Of a stretch of 64,000 nucleotides of DNA, positions 38,746 to 51,624 are shown in pieces (within the stretch, counting starts at the first letter, position 1; the number at the start of each line of letters is the position of its first letter). The notes under the pieces are model-generated. The model did no database searches. It had not been told where the DNA came from and saw nothing but the letters and a program-made list of their open reading frames with translations. Made by a program: the position numbers and the translations under genes. Source of the stretch: Octopus sinensis (Eukaryota); NCBI RefSeq assembly GCF_006345805.1, contig NC_043018.1, positions 7,192,001-7,256,000 of the forward strand. Direction: 5' to 3'.

Positions 38746-41119
38746 AACACAAAAAAAAACAAGGAGAGAAAAAGAATGTGTGTAGTGGCTAACGATCCAT
38801 CATGGCAATCTATATATATATATATAGATAGATAGATATAGATATATAGTGTGTAGTAAGAAGCTTGCTTCCCAACCACATGGTTCCAGGTTCAGTCCCA
38901 CAGCATGGTACCTTGGGCAGGTGTCATCTACAATAGCTATGGGCTGTCCAAAGCCTTGTGAGTAGATTTGGTAGTTGGAAACTGAAAGAAGCCTATCATA
39001 TATATATTTTTTTATTCTTTTACTTGTTTCAGTCATTTGTCTGCAGCCATGCTTGAGCTCCACCTTTTGATATATATGTATATATCTGTGAGTCTGTGTT
39101 CATCCCCCTACCATCACTTGATAACCGATGTTGGTGTGTTTACATCCCTGTAACTTAGGAGTTCCACAAAAGCGACTGATAGACTAAGTACTAGGCTTAC
39201 AAAAAATAAGTCCTGGGGTTGATTTGTTCGACTAAAGGCAGTGCTCCAGCATGGCTAAAGTCAAATGACAGAAACAAGTAAAAGAATAAAAGAACATATA
39301 TGTATGTATTTGTACATATATAGGGTGTTGCGCTCATGATCACTAGATCTTCATTTTGATTTGCCGACCAAGTAGTGGGTTGTGTTCTTGCAAAAACTTC
39401 TTTCCATGTTGCTCTGCGATCACTTCAGCATCTGACATGCGATATAAACCAGGGCACCTGTTCAGGTAACGTTGACTTGATGGAGTGTGGGGTGGGGGTA
39501 GGGGGATATGATGAACAGCACAAACGTTTGATCCCTATAAATAAGTCATATGTGCTGTATGTTCTGCAAGAAATTGCTGAACCTTCATCTGTTGTTTAAG
39601 ACAGGAGAATCCACACACACACACACACACAGTGCTGGATCAACCATTAAGCAAAATAAGCACGTGCTTAAGGCATCAAGGGAAGGAGGGGACACCACAG
39701 AAATGGTAAAAGGTTCACGGCACAAAAGAAATCACTTTAAACTCACTAAAATAATATTCGGGATACCTTTATCTCTACTAAGTATAGATGCAGATGTGTA
39801 ACCAAAGATTAATTTTGAGGATCTGATTCAAAGACTTTGCAATTCGAAAAAAGTAGGGGGAAACTTTTCAAATATAAATAAGGTGGAAGTAGACAAAAAT
39901 CAACATTATTTTCCCCTCTTACTGTTTTGTTTCGCTTTGAAAAATAAAAATTTATTTTATGGTTTGTTATTGTTTGTATTTTGAATTACGTAATCTTTTA
40001 TGGGGTCACCAAAATCTTTTATGTGCTTAGGGCCTTGATGGGTCTTAATCCAGCCCTGGCCATATTTCAGTAGTTTTTGCCCCTTCATGAACATCCATCT
40101 AACCCCTTAATCATCCACAAACATGTTGCTTAAATATTCACTAAATATAACGGTGTAACATTATTGGCTGTATCAATTTTATATATTAAACACATCCCTG
40201 GAAGCTGGTTTATGGGGTCACCAAAATCTTTTAAGTGCTTAGGCCCTCGATGGGTCTTAATCTGGCCCTGCACACACACACACGTGCACGTGCACACACA
40301 TGCATGTGCACACACACACGATTTTCCCTTTACCAGTTTCACAGAGAAGGCACTAGTCAGTCTGAGACTTTAGTAGATGACACTTGCTCACGTTACCACA
40401 CTGTCTGGTTGAACCCAAAACTACGAACTTCTTAACCACAAGTTGATACTTTGTTTGGGAATGGGTCAGGTCAAGCTGGAGCAAACCAAAGACCAATTTA
40501 TATTTATCGCGTCATTAAAAACAACTTTGTGTTTTTCCTATGTTTATTTCCTTTTTTTGTCTTTCTCTCTCTCTCTGTCTCTCTCTCTCTCCCTCCCTTC
40601 CTCTTCTCTTCTCTTTCTCTATTTTCTCTTCCCTACTTCTTCATTTCCAGACAGTTCCATTCTGTAGAGGTTACTTCAAGAGTTGCTATGATTGCATTCT
40701 AATGACATCAGACCAAGAATTCTGTAGAAGAAATATTTTTATAAATTGGCCAAAATATAAAACAAAGAAAAAAATACAAACACGCATACGCATACATACA
40801 CATGCACACATACATACATACATCCACATAATACACCTACATACACTTTACAACTTGACCAAACACACACAGACTTAAATGCAGCCTCATACAGTCATGT
40901 GTACAAACACATTTATACACATATACACACAATCCATATACACATAAATATGTATTCGCACACACTGGTACGCATGTATGTATTTGTACATAAATATATA
41001 GTGTATGAAATGGCCAAAATATACACACTCACACATCTGCATACCTTCAAAACCATATACATACATGTGTACGCAGAACACTAAAGGCACATATACACAC
41101 ATAGAGACCCACACACACA

Positions 41120-41161
<42 letters not shown>

Positions 41162-42589
41162 AACACACACACACACACCCATGCATATACACACACGTAT
41201 ATATGTATATGTATGTATGCATGCATACACACATATACACAGTTACATAGATTCAAAACAAAATACACACACACACACACATGCACACACTTAAACATAC
41301 ACATTCTTATATACACACGTTCACATATATACAAATACATCCACACCCACATACACATTTATCACACGCACTCATATACACACACACACGCGTGCATATA
41401 TGTACATACAAACACACACACACATACGTACATACATACATAGGTAGACACACACACACAAGCACACGTATGAATGTACAGAGTAAAGGAGAGACAAGAA
41501 GGGTGAAGGAGGGGCCACATGAAAATCAAATGCCACGCAATCGGTAAAAAAAAACCTAAAACACATAATCCCCCAAAAATGTTGATCCTGATGATTTGGC
41601 TGAGAGTGGTGGCGCTCTTGAAGTAATTCTGCAGAAATATCAAGAATAATTATAAATCATTTTCCAATGACCTCTGCCAACAGAACAACAAGAAAACAAA
41701 AAAACAAGAAGAAGATAAATACGAAGTAAAAGCAATGAATAAATGTATAAAAAAATAAAATACGGAAGAAACTAAATAATAAAAACTGCCTATAAATAAC
41801 GAGCTTTATGGAATGAAAGGAGGATGGTGAGAATGATGGAGGAGGGAAGGAAAAATAAAAGAAGGAAGACAAGGAGAAGAAGTGGCGGGAAATAAATGAA
41901 GAAAGAATGATGGCAAGAAAGAGAGAGAGAAAGAGATTTAGAGTAAGGCATCGTTAATGCACCACTCATTAGAAAATGATGGTTAAATATAGTATGAGTG
42001 TTGATGATGGCGGTGGTGGTGGTGGTGGTGGTCATAGTGTTGGTAGTGGTGGTGGTGGTGGCGGTCGGGGAGGAGTCGTGTTGGTACTGGTGTTGCTGAT
42101 GGTGGTAGTGGCAATAATGCTGATGTTAGCGGTGGTGGAGTGGAAGTAGTGGTGGAGGTGATGGTGTTAGTGTTTTGGTGGCATTGATGTTAAAATAAAT
42201 GTTGAGACTGTTTTTTTGCTTTTCCTTTTTGTTACTATTATTTAACCACAGGCCATGATCAAAAACATTCAATAAATGACCATCCTGTCTTTTTGTGATG
42301 AGCAAGAAACCCAGAGCCACTTTATCTCTCATCTTTTCTAAGATCGTGGGACATGAATTAAATACGATGTAACTGTTATTTCTAGCAATGCAAGTGACCA
42401 CATACAAGTTCCTTTGTTGTTGTTGTTGGTAGTGGTGGTGGTGGTAGTGGCAGAGTCTGACAATGGAGAAAAAAATTAAGGCTGTATAACCTTAGTAGGC
42501 ATTTCAGAGTGATAGGCCAATTGTATGATGTTTGTATTTTGTTGAGACAAAATTTTCGGAATATTTTGGTATTTTATTTTCTTTATTCA

Positions 42590-43055
42590 CCAAGTTACAA
42601 CAAGAGCTGCCTAGCATTCAAAGTAGAAACCATCTTGTTGTTTTGTCTGAAGCAGCCTTTCTGCAAGTTCTTTGATCTCATGCTCATTCCACTTCTTGCC
42701 CTTTGAGGTGAAGAACTCCTTCTCTGAAGTTTCCACCTCCTCTTGGTTGATAAAGCATTACGAGTGCAGCAAGTGAGCCATGGAGAAGAACACATAATAA
42801 TCTGAAGGAGCTAAGTCCAGACTACATGCTGGGTGTGATATCAGTTTGATTCTCTCAAGTTCCTGGTGTTTATTCCAGGTCATTTGAATGATATGAAGTC
42901 TTGTGTTGTCTCGCTGCAGAAGCGATTGCTTTCTGTTGACCAATGGCAAGTATTTTTGCCACACAATGACACACACCCAATCCACCTGTTCAGGGTACAG
43001 GCTGGCATCAATAGTTCGACTGTCCAGAATGAACTCATACTGTTTCATGTGTCAT
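42590..43055 (-). mobile_element. Mariner transposase C-terminal fragment
   Basis: LVNRKQSLLQRDNTRLH and HPACSLDLAPSDYYVF match the HDNARPH / HPPYSPDLAPSD motifs. Confidence 0.85.
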
Positions 43056-43207
43056 AAGGAGAAGGAAGCCTCATAATTTGACCCAGTTTCCTCCTCCCTG
43101 ATCTCCTAAGTTCTTTCATGACATTTTTTCTGAAGTTCAATCATTTGACTGCAGCCATACTGTAACAGCACCTTAAACGGATTTTTGTACATATATATAT
43201 GTGTGTG

Positions 43208-43286
<79 letters not shown>

Positions 43287-43370
43287 TTGTATGTATCTAT
43301 GTAATGTATATGCATAAATGGTGGTGCCCCAGCATGGCCACAGCTCGTGAGCTGAAACTAGATAAAATTA

Positions 43371-43401
<31 letters not shown>

Positions 43402-43409
<8 letters not shown>

Positions 43410-44402
43410 ATGTTACATTACTCGGTAGTCAAGATAAAACTCTGAGTTTCAGATGCCGAAGTGGAAATCCACAACACCATCTCTTCGGTTATCTGGCTAT
43501 TTGAAAACGTTATGAAAAAATACCGTTAAAAATGAAGGGAAATTACTCTGTTATAACTCTGCTTTGCCTGCGTACTTATACATCGCTCGCATTTTTCGTC
43601 ATAAAAATTATATAAAAATACATAAAAATATAAAAATATATAAAAAATATAAAATCTTCTTGGGACATAACACAGAAAGCATGTTCTATCCGTTTTCTTT
43701 AGGGGACCAAAAACGTAACAGAAATTTAGTCACATGTGGGCATGATCCGAAAAGCTCTGTCCTTGTATTTAGACATGTGGTAGGGTCTAAGCTGCTTTTC
43801 CAGATAAGCCATCTCTCCATGTCGCATAAACCGCACCTTCCGCTGCCGTTAGTGTAGGGCTTACATCTGGCCAAAATCTTCCATTGTATGTTATAATCGA
43901 CACCTTTATCTCTTAAAGACCAAATATGATTGGGTAATTGTGTCGCTTTTCTTTGTTCCAGTGCCTAAAGCTCAAAGTGTGGTTATTGAACCTGGCCTTG
44001 AAATTACCTCTCTGTCAGGCCCACGTATTTCTTCGTCGAAACGGTGTCTTTAGTGGTTATAGAGTTTACAGTAGCTTCATATATGATGGTCTTGGACATG
44101 CAAGCTCCATTTAGCGGGCACAACTTTATTCTTTCCTGCATGAACAGCTGTTTTCTTCTTGTGTTTTTTGTATGTTATGATTGATTATGTTTTTAAAATT
44201 GGTAGTTGAACTAAAACTAATTTTTAAATTGTGTCTATTGAAGAGTTTCCTATAAGCATGGTTAACTGGAAAATGTCTATCTATCAGTGCTAGGAAATAT
44301 TTACCTATATTGAAGGCCACCTCGGGTGAGTAAGGGGGCGTAAACCAGATGACCTTCCTATTTCTATTATTCCTTTTCCTTACTGTTGGGCTGGTGATAG
44401 GT
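43402..44402 (-). mobile_element. 5'-truncated Penelope-like element (RT thumb/linker + GIY-YIG + pLTR), left arm of the palindrome, frameshifted
   Basis: RKVIWFTPPYSPEVAFNIGKYFLALIDRHFP...; reverse complement of 44432-45431. Confidence 0.92.
43432..43494 (-). ncRNA. Variant type I hammerhead-like fold, mirror of 45339-45401
   Basis: Reverse complement of the right-arm motif. Confidence 0.5.
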
Positions 44403-44707
44403 TTTTAGCGAAAAAATAAAATAAAATATACACCTATCACCAGCCCAACAGTAAGGAAAAGGAATAATAGAAATAGGGAGGTCATCTGGTTTACGCCCCC
44501 TTACTCACCCGAGGTGGCCTTCAATATAGGTAATATTTCCTAGCACTGATAGATAGACATTTTCCAGTTAACCATGCTTATAGGAAACTCTTCAATAGAC
44601 ACAATTTAAAAATTAGTTTTAGTTCAACTACCAATTTTAAAAACATAATCAATCATAATATACAAAAAACACAAGAAGAAAACAGCTGTTCATGCAGGAA
44701 TAAAGAA

Positions 44708-45145
44708 TTGTGCCCGCTAAATGGAGCTTGCATGTCCAAGACCATCATATATGAAGCTACCGTAAACTCTATAACCACTAAAGACACCGTTTCGACGAAG
44801 AAATACGTGGGCCTGACAGAGGGTAATTTCAAGGCCAGGTTCAATAACCACACTTTGAGCTTTAGGCACTGGAACAAAAGAAAAGCGACACAATTATCCA
44901 ATCATATTTGGTCTTTAAGAGATAAAGGTGTTGATTATAACATACAATGGAAGATTTTGGCCAGATGTAAGCCCTACACTAACGGCAGCGGATGGTGCGG
45001 TTTATGCGACATGGAGAGATGGCTTATCTGGAAAAGCAGCTTAGACCCTACCACATGTCTAAATACAAGGACAGAGCTTTTCGGATCATGCCCACATGTG
45101 ACTAAATTTCTGTTACGTTTTTGGTCCCCTAAAGAAAACGGATAG
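44708..45145 (+). CDS. GIY-YIG endonuclease domain of a Penelope-like element (uninterrupted, no native start; upstream part frameshifted)
   Basis: CPLNGAC, IIYEATV, YVGLT, FKARFNNH, CGLCDMER, LNTRTE, CPH motifs. Confidence 0.88.
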   Translation: MCPLNGACMSKTIIYEATVNSITTKDTVSTKKYVGLTEGNFKARFNNHTLSFRHWNKRKATQLSNHIWSLRDKGVDYNIQWKILARCKPYTNGSGWCGLCDMERWLIWKSSLDPTTCLNTRTELFGSCPHVTKFLLRFWSPKENG

Positions 45146-45338
45146 AACATGCTTTCTGTGTTATGTCCCAGAAATTTTATATATTTTTTATATATTTTTA
45201 TATATTTTTATGTATTTTTATATAATTTTTATGACGAAAAATGCGAGCGATGTATAAGTACGCAGGCAAAGCAGAGTTATAACAGAGTAATTTCCCTTCA
45301 TTTTTAACGGTATTTTTTCATAACGTTTTCAAATAGCC

Positions 45339-45401
45339 AGATAACCGAAGAGATGGTGTTGTGGATTTCCACTTCGGCATCTGAAACTCAGAGTTTTATC
45401 T
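45339..45401 (+). ncRNA. Variant type I hammerhead-like fold in the PLE terminal region
   Basis: Stem I AGATAA/TTATCT; core CCGAAGA (U4C); stem II GATG/CATC; extra T; GAA; stem III ACT-CAG-AGT; U17. Confidence 0.55.
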
Positions 45402-45497
45402 TGACTACCGAGTAATGTAACATATTGTATAGATAAATTTCCTCTATTTACATAATATTGAGGTCTCTTTCTTTCTTTTGTTATCTTACCGTTTTAT

Positions 45498-45550
<53 letters not shown>

Positions 45551-45674
45551 TATTTAAATTTTATATTTTATATATTTTGTAAATTATATTAATTATTTTT
45601 ATTTTTATGTTTTGGTTTATGTTTTTCACTGTTTGATTTGCCTAATAGTGGTTTTATCTCTAATTTTATATATT

Positions 45675-46766
45675 TCTTTGTGTTAATTGTCCTGTATTCT
45701 ATTTTTTTGCTGTTTTTAAATAAATGTCCAGTTCCTTTGATTTGTGTCTATGTTTTCGTTTCTCATTGTGTTCGACGTCCTTTTGGTGTCCTGTACTCAT
45801 ATATGCGTGTATATGTACATGTAGAGGTAGGTACGTACATATATGTTTATATATATGCATATGTTTTATTTTATTTATTAATATATTATATGATGAAACG
45901 CACGCACCCCCTTAATTAAGATTGTTCTTTATATCAAGTTTTTGTTCTTGATATTAACTCTCACGCGCACTCTTAACCTTTCTGTCCCATCCCTTTCTCA
46001 GCCTTCCTTCTTTGTTTTCCTTTTCCTCTATTTAACCTGTCTCTTCCTCTCTCTCATTCTTCACTCTCTCTCTCCCCCTCTCAATTCTTCATGGTTTCCT
46101 CGCAGCCATTCCCCTTCTCCTCTCCCTTTCTCTTGCTCCTCCTCCTCTCTTCCCGTTGTTCACCTGTGACGTGACTTCCGCCTTCCCGTCGTTCACCCGC
46201 GACGTCACTTCCGCTGCTGTCTCTCTCGCCTGGCTCTTTCAAGTTAATGGACGACACTCTTTTTCCTCCGCTCGTCGTCCATAAAAAATTTTTCGTTTGC
46301 AATACTTTTTTTTCGTTCGGCGTCAACAGCCCTTCTTATCTTGTTTTCCTTGTCCTGTCTTATACTGTTTACAATTTGCACTGTCGTTATTGTCCTGTTG
46401 TTACTATTTTTTACCCCTCTGCGAAAAGATCTCAGAATTTTAATTGATTTGCTTTTCGCAGGAAGGAAAGTTTTCTTGTCGAAGATACGTCTCGCTTTTA
46501 TCCTTCGAAACGTAGAGTAGATGAAAGCTTTAGCGACTGAAGAAGGGGTTTTTCCTTGTGTTAATTGTCCTGTATTCTATTTTTTTGCTGTTTTTAAATA
46601 AATGTCCAGTTCCTTTGATTTGTGTCTATGTTTTCGTTTCTCATTGTGTTCGACGTCCTTTTTGGTGTCCTGTACACATATATGCGTGTATATGTACATG
46701 TAGAGGTAGGTACGTACATATATGTTTATATATATGCATATGTTTATCTATTTATTAATATATTAT
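45675..46766 (+). repeat. ~880 bp unit with a ~215 bp terminal direct repeat (45675-45889 / 46553-46766), probably PLE-related
   Basis: TTGTGTTAATTGTCCTGTATTC...TTATTAATATATTATAT occurs twice. Confidence 0.85.
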
Positions 46767-46787
46767 ATATGTATATATATATATTAT

Positions 46788-46821
<34 letters not shown>

Positions 46822-46845
46822 AATCTCTTGTTCTTTCTCTCTCAC

Positions 46846-46883
<38 letters not shown>

Positions 46884-47589
46884 TATATGTGTGTGTGTAT
46901 ATACAACATTATCATCATCATCATCTAACGTCCATCTTCCAATATACATGCATATATATATATATACACATACAGACACATACACGCACATACGTAGGAT
47001 AACATTGATGTAAACTAAAATCCCTCAAGTATATGGTTGAAGCTTAACTTAATCTTTTATCCGTCCCAGTCAGCTTTCACCACATCACAATTGCTTGTTT
47101 CTCTTGGTTACCAAGATGGCAGGTGGGCATGACGTGTGCGTGTGGTTTAGACTAGTTGTGCTGGCACTGGAATTTGATTACTGACAGTATACAAGACAAG
47201 GTGGACTTGTCCTGTACACTATATTGGAACCATTCCAAGCATAAAACAGTACATTTTATTACATCATATTATACCACATGCTACATCATCATTATCATCA
47301 TCATTATCATCGTCGTCATCATCATCATCATCATCCATTTATCATTTTCTTTCCAAGCTGGTATGGGTTAGTTGTTTTGACAGGAGCTGGTAAGCTGGAG
47401 GGTTGCACCTGGCTCAAGTTACCTGTTTTGGTTCTTTGTAATGCCAACCACTCCAGACAGTGTACCAAGTGCCTTTTTCATGTCACAGGCATGGATGCCT
47501 TTCACATGTCACTGGCACAAGTGCCTTATATGTGTCACCAGCAAGGGTGCCTCTAACCACTGAGCCATGTACCTTCACTGCTTATCGTG

Positions 47590-48195
47590 CTCTTTTATTT
47601 GTTTCAGTCATTTGACCATGGCCATGCTGGAGCACCACCTTTAGTCAAACAAATTGACCCCAGGACTTATTCTTTGTAAGCCTAGTACTTATTCTATCAG
47701 TCTCTTTTGCTGAATCGCCAAGTTATGGGAATGTAAACATACCAACTTCAGTTGTCAAACGATGGTGGGGGGACATATATATATATATGACAGGCTTCTT
47801 TCAGTTTCTTATTTTTTTATTGCCCACAAGAGGCTAAACACAGAGGGGACAAACAAGGATAGACAAAGGGATTAAGTCGATTAGATCGACCCCAGTGCGT
47901 AACCGGTACTTAATTTATCAACCCTGAAAGGATGAAAGGCAAAGTCGACCTTGGCGGAATTTGAACTCAGAATGTAACGGCAGACAAAATACCGCTAAGC
48001 ATTTCGCCCGGTGTGCTAACGTTTTGCCAGCTCACCACCTTCTTTCAGTTTCTGTCTCCCAAATCCACTCACAAGGCTTTGGTTGGCCCAAGGGTATAGT
48101 AGAAGACACTTGCCCAAGGTATCACACAGTGGAACTGAACTCAGAACCATGTGGTTGGTAAGCAAGCTACTTACCACACAGCCACTCCTGCGCCT
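47590..48195 (-). mobile_element. SINE family B interrupted by a SINE family A copy (47812-48036)
   Basis: CTTCTTTCAGTTTCT duplicated around the A copy. Confidence 0.8.
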
Positions 48196-48615
48196 ATAGC
48201 CACTCTAATATAATTATGTATTGGCCATATTTATATTCAGATCAGGGATCTCATCAGAGGCTGATGAAACCTGCTACTGGTAGCATGTAAACCAGTACTA
48301 CCTCTTCCATGGTCAACAGGCAGCAACTAAACAGACTCCCCCATTTGAGTAGCTTTCTAGTCTTGGGGCAAGGGTGTCTGGACAGCCAGTAGGACTAAAA
48401 GCAAGACCTGTTAAAGGATGAATGAGTTCTTTGTGAAGAAGACAAAGTCAAATCACCCTAATGTCTTTGCCAAGAAAACACTATAAGAATATCAGAATAA
48501 GTATTGCTATGGCTTCGTCCAACAGGGAAACTTGCTCTTAATCAGGTAGCCTTTCATCGTTAGTGTCATTAACACACTATTAAAGTGTGCAATACATGAC
48601 AACGATGATGACAGT

Positions 48616-49143
48616 TACCGTAAATCCTCGAGTATAATCTGCATTTTTTTCCCAAAATTTAAAGGTCAAAATCCCTAGTGCGTACTATATACGAGGTTAA
48701 AAATGAAAAATATTTTCCAAGCAATGTCCGAGTCTCTATTTGCTGTCCAGCAATGTTTATTCAGATGCATTTAGTGATGTCGGGTGCGAAAATACCTTAA
48801 GCTAAGCTTGAAAGCAATGATGTCATAAAAGAATCATCCATAACTTGCAGTAAGCAACATTTAATAAAATAAAAGTATTCAGAACACAGAATAACATGTA
48901 ACAAAAACAATTTGCAAACATATTTACATTCCCATATAACAGTTAAGAACATCACCATTATTGTATTACACATGTGCGGAAGTGTTTGTTCGACTAGGTG
49001 CTGTTGGCTTAATTACACACGACTCAAGTTAGAGAAAGGGTGCATATTATACACAAGGTTTAGGTTTTTCAGAGGTACAGCCTCACTAAAAAATCCCCTG
49101 CATATTATACTCAAGGGCGGACTATACTCGAAGATTTATGGTA
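48616..49143. mobile_element. Tc1/pogo-like MITE
   Basis: TIRs TACCGTAAATCCTCGAGTATAATC / GACTATACTCGAAGATTTATGGTA with TA ends. Confidence 0.8.
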
Positions 49144-49167
49144 TATTTAACATGCTCGTGTACATTC

Positions 49168-49470
49168 TGACACCATTTTCTCTTGAAAAACGACAACGCT
49201 GTGGTGATCTCATTCTCGCTCACAACATCATAAGCGGAAAGTGTAACCTCTCGAAAGAACTGTTCTTCACTCCTGCTCCAGAGTGTGGGCTGCGGGGTCA
49301 CTCTGAAAAGTTCTACAAGGATTTCATCTCAATCGAAGGAGAGGGGCTTTCTCCATCCAGATTGCGGATCCATGGAATAAGCTGCCGGACAAGATAGTGA
49401 AGATGCCGACAACCGCTCGGTTCAAAGTCTCTCTTGACCGGAAATGGCCTGAGTTCTTTGTATGACCATC
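49168..49470 (+). mobile_element. CR1-like LINE 3' end
   Basis: SLEKRQRCGDLI...LRGHSEKFYK and PWNKLPDKIV...FKVSLDRKW. Confidence 0.85.
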
Positions 49471-49739
49471 CTCCCTGTACATAACTCCCTGTCTCCCTAC
49501 ATGGCCTTGCTTTTGCTTTTTGAGCCAATTAAACATTAAATTTTTTTTAAATAAGCTGCGTAAGTTGTCTTGAGAGAAGAAATTCTCGTTTGAGACAATG
49601 AAGGAGTAAAGAGACCTCTAAGCCATGAATGATGCCATTGTCAGGATGGAATACATTAATTAAAGATGCACAAAGCAGTGTTAAAGAGAATTCCTTCTCT
49701 TGAGACATGCTGTGCAGCAGACTATCTTTCCTTGTTCAA

Positions 49740-50730
49740 ATATACGAACATGTTAAATATAACAACACACAATTGTATTACAAGTTATATTTTCACAATT
49801 CGTACATGAAATTTGGCATTTTACAATTTACAGTTAACATTTCATATTTAACGTATTACATTTCACACCCTCTTTTCATGATGTAGTTACTGTTCACACT
49901 TCACATCCTGATATAAAATTTAACATAATATAGGCCACATTTCACACATCACATCTTCATACAACATTTCATGTCAACTTTACATAAAATAGGTTATATG
50001 TCACACATTACATTTTTATATAACATTTACCACACACTTTACATAATACAGCTTATATTTTTACATTTTATTTATTTACTTTTTAAACTTAACATTCCTC
50101 CACCATTACATCTTGCATTTCACATAACACATTTCACACTTCAAATAAGACATTTAACACTTACTTTACACATTACAAGTAAAATTTTGATAATTTATAC
50201 ACAAAATTTGGCATTTAACAATTTGCAGTCAATATCTTTTTTTATCGATTAAAATTAGATTTCACACTCTACACTTCATATAACATTTGACACCCACTTT
50301 ACATGGAATAGATTATATTTTTGCAATTCATTCATTTACCTTTTACTTTCACCATTCCTAAACCCATTACATGTTACATTTCACATTACTCAGTTCATAT
50401 TTCATCCTTTAAGTATGACATTTAACACCTACTTTACACATTACAAGTTACATTTTCAGAGTTCATAAATGAAATTTCACAATTTGCAGTCAACATTTCA
50501 TATTTCATCCAATACAGCTTACATTTCATGCTCCACTTGTCAATATAACATATAGCACTCACTTCACATGATACAGGTTACACTTTTTTATATTTTATAT
50601 TCAACATTTCTCCCAAAACCACCGTTACATTTTACATTTCACACTTTAATAAACTTGACATTTACCACCTATTTTACACATTACATGTTATATTATGACA
50701 CTTCACGCTTTAGATTTACATATTACATTT
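49740..50730 (+). repeat. Degenerate AT/C-rich satellite-like region
   Basis: Recurrent TTACATTTCACA motifs and a CAAGTT...ACAATTTRCAGTYAA block at ~49780, ~50175 and ~50445. Confidence 0.65.
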
Positions 50731-50835
50731 TAGCAACATAGAAAAAAGAAACCACAAAAATTCAAAAGAAACGAAATACAACAGCAAAAATATCAAACCA
50801 TATATAAAAATCAATGAATAGCAATGTAGCTGTTA

Positions 50836-50993
50836 TTGTTATTCTGCTTATTATTATTGTTATTATTATTATTATTATTATTATATTATTATTATTATTA
50901 TTATCATCATTATTATTATTGATATTATTGTTATTATCGTTATCATTATTAGTATTGTTATTATTATTATTATCATTATTATTATTGATATTA

Positions 50994-51054
<61 letters not shown>

Positions 51055-51238
51055 CATCATTATTATTATTATTGATATTATTGTTATTATCGTTATCATT
51101 ATTAGTATTGTTATTATTATTATTATCATTATTATTATTGATATTATTATTATTATTATTATTGTTATTACTGATATTATTGACAGTATTATTATTGTTA
51201 TTGTTGTTATTATTAGTATTATTGGTGTTATTATTGTC
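50836..51238. repeat. (TAT)n-derived tract with a 150-bp internal duplication
   Basis: TTATCATCATTATT...GATATTATT block at 50901 and 51051. Confidence 0.9.
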
Positions 51239-51624
51239 ATAAATTAATTTAATGGTAAGAATTAATGATAAATGGATAGATGATTAGCGCACGAGATGAA
51301 GAAAAGGAGCATTAATGGGTGAAGAAGAAGAATAGAGAAAATGTTATTTAAACTGACAAGTACCTTTTTTAAAGAATATCTATAATAAAAATCCCATAAA
51401 CATCTAAAAAAAAATATGTGCAAAATGTAAATAGATATAAAAGCTATAAAGTGAAAGAAATATGAAGAAAAACGTAGAAATATAGACAAAAATGGAAAGG
51501 AGAGAGAAAGAGAGAGTGGAGAGGCGAAAAAATTTATTGTGAAGAATGAGAAAAATTTTTGAATGAAGAAAGTAAATGTTTTAAATTGACTTGAATGATG
51601 GAGAATAAATATTTGCTTTGTGTG

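Larger units (their letters stand above)
44432..45431 (+). mobile_element. 5'-truncated Penelope-like element, right arm of the palindrome
   Basis: Linker and endonuclease motifs followed by the terminal non-coding region. Confidence 0.92.

Noticed and set aside
39330-39450. Possible minus-strand exon (CPGLYRMSDAEVIAEQHGKKFLQEHNPLL)
   Set aside because: Acceptor is plausible but there is no convincing donor before the stop
44680-45300. Selenocysteine/SECIS as reported for some Naiad elements
   Set aside because: The Cys positions use TGT/TGC and no SECIS-like stem was seen after the stop
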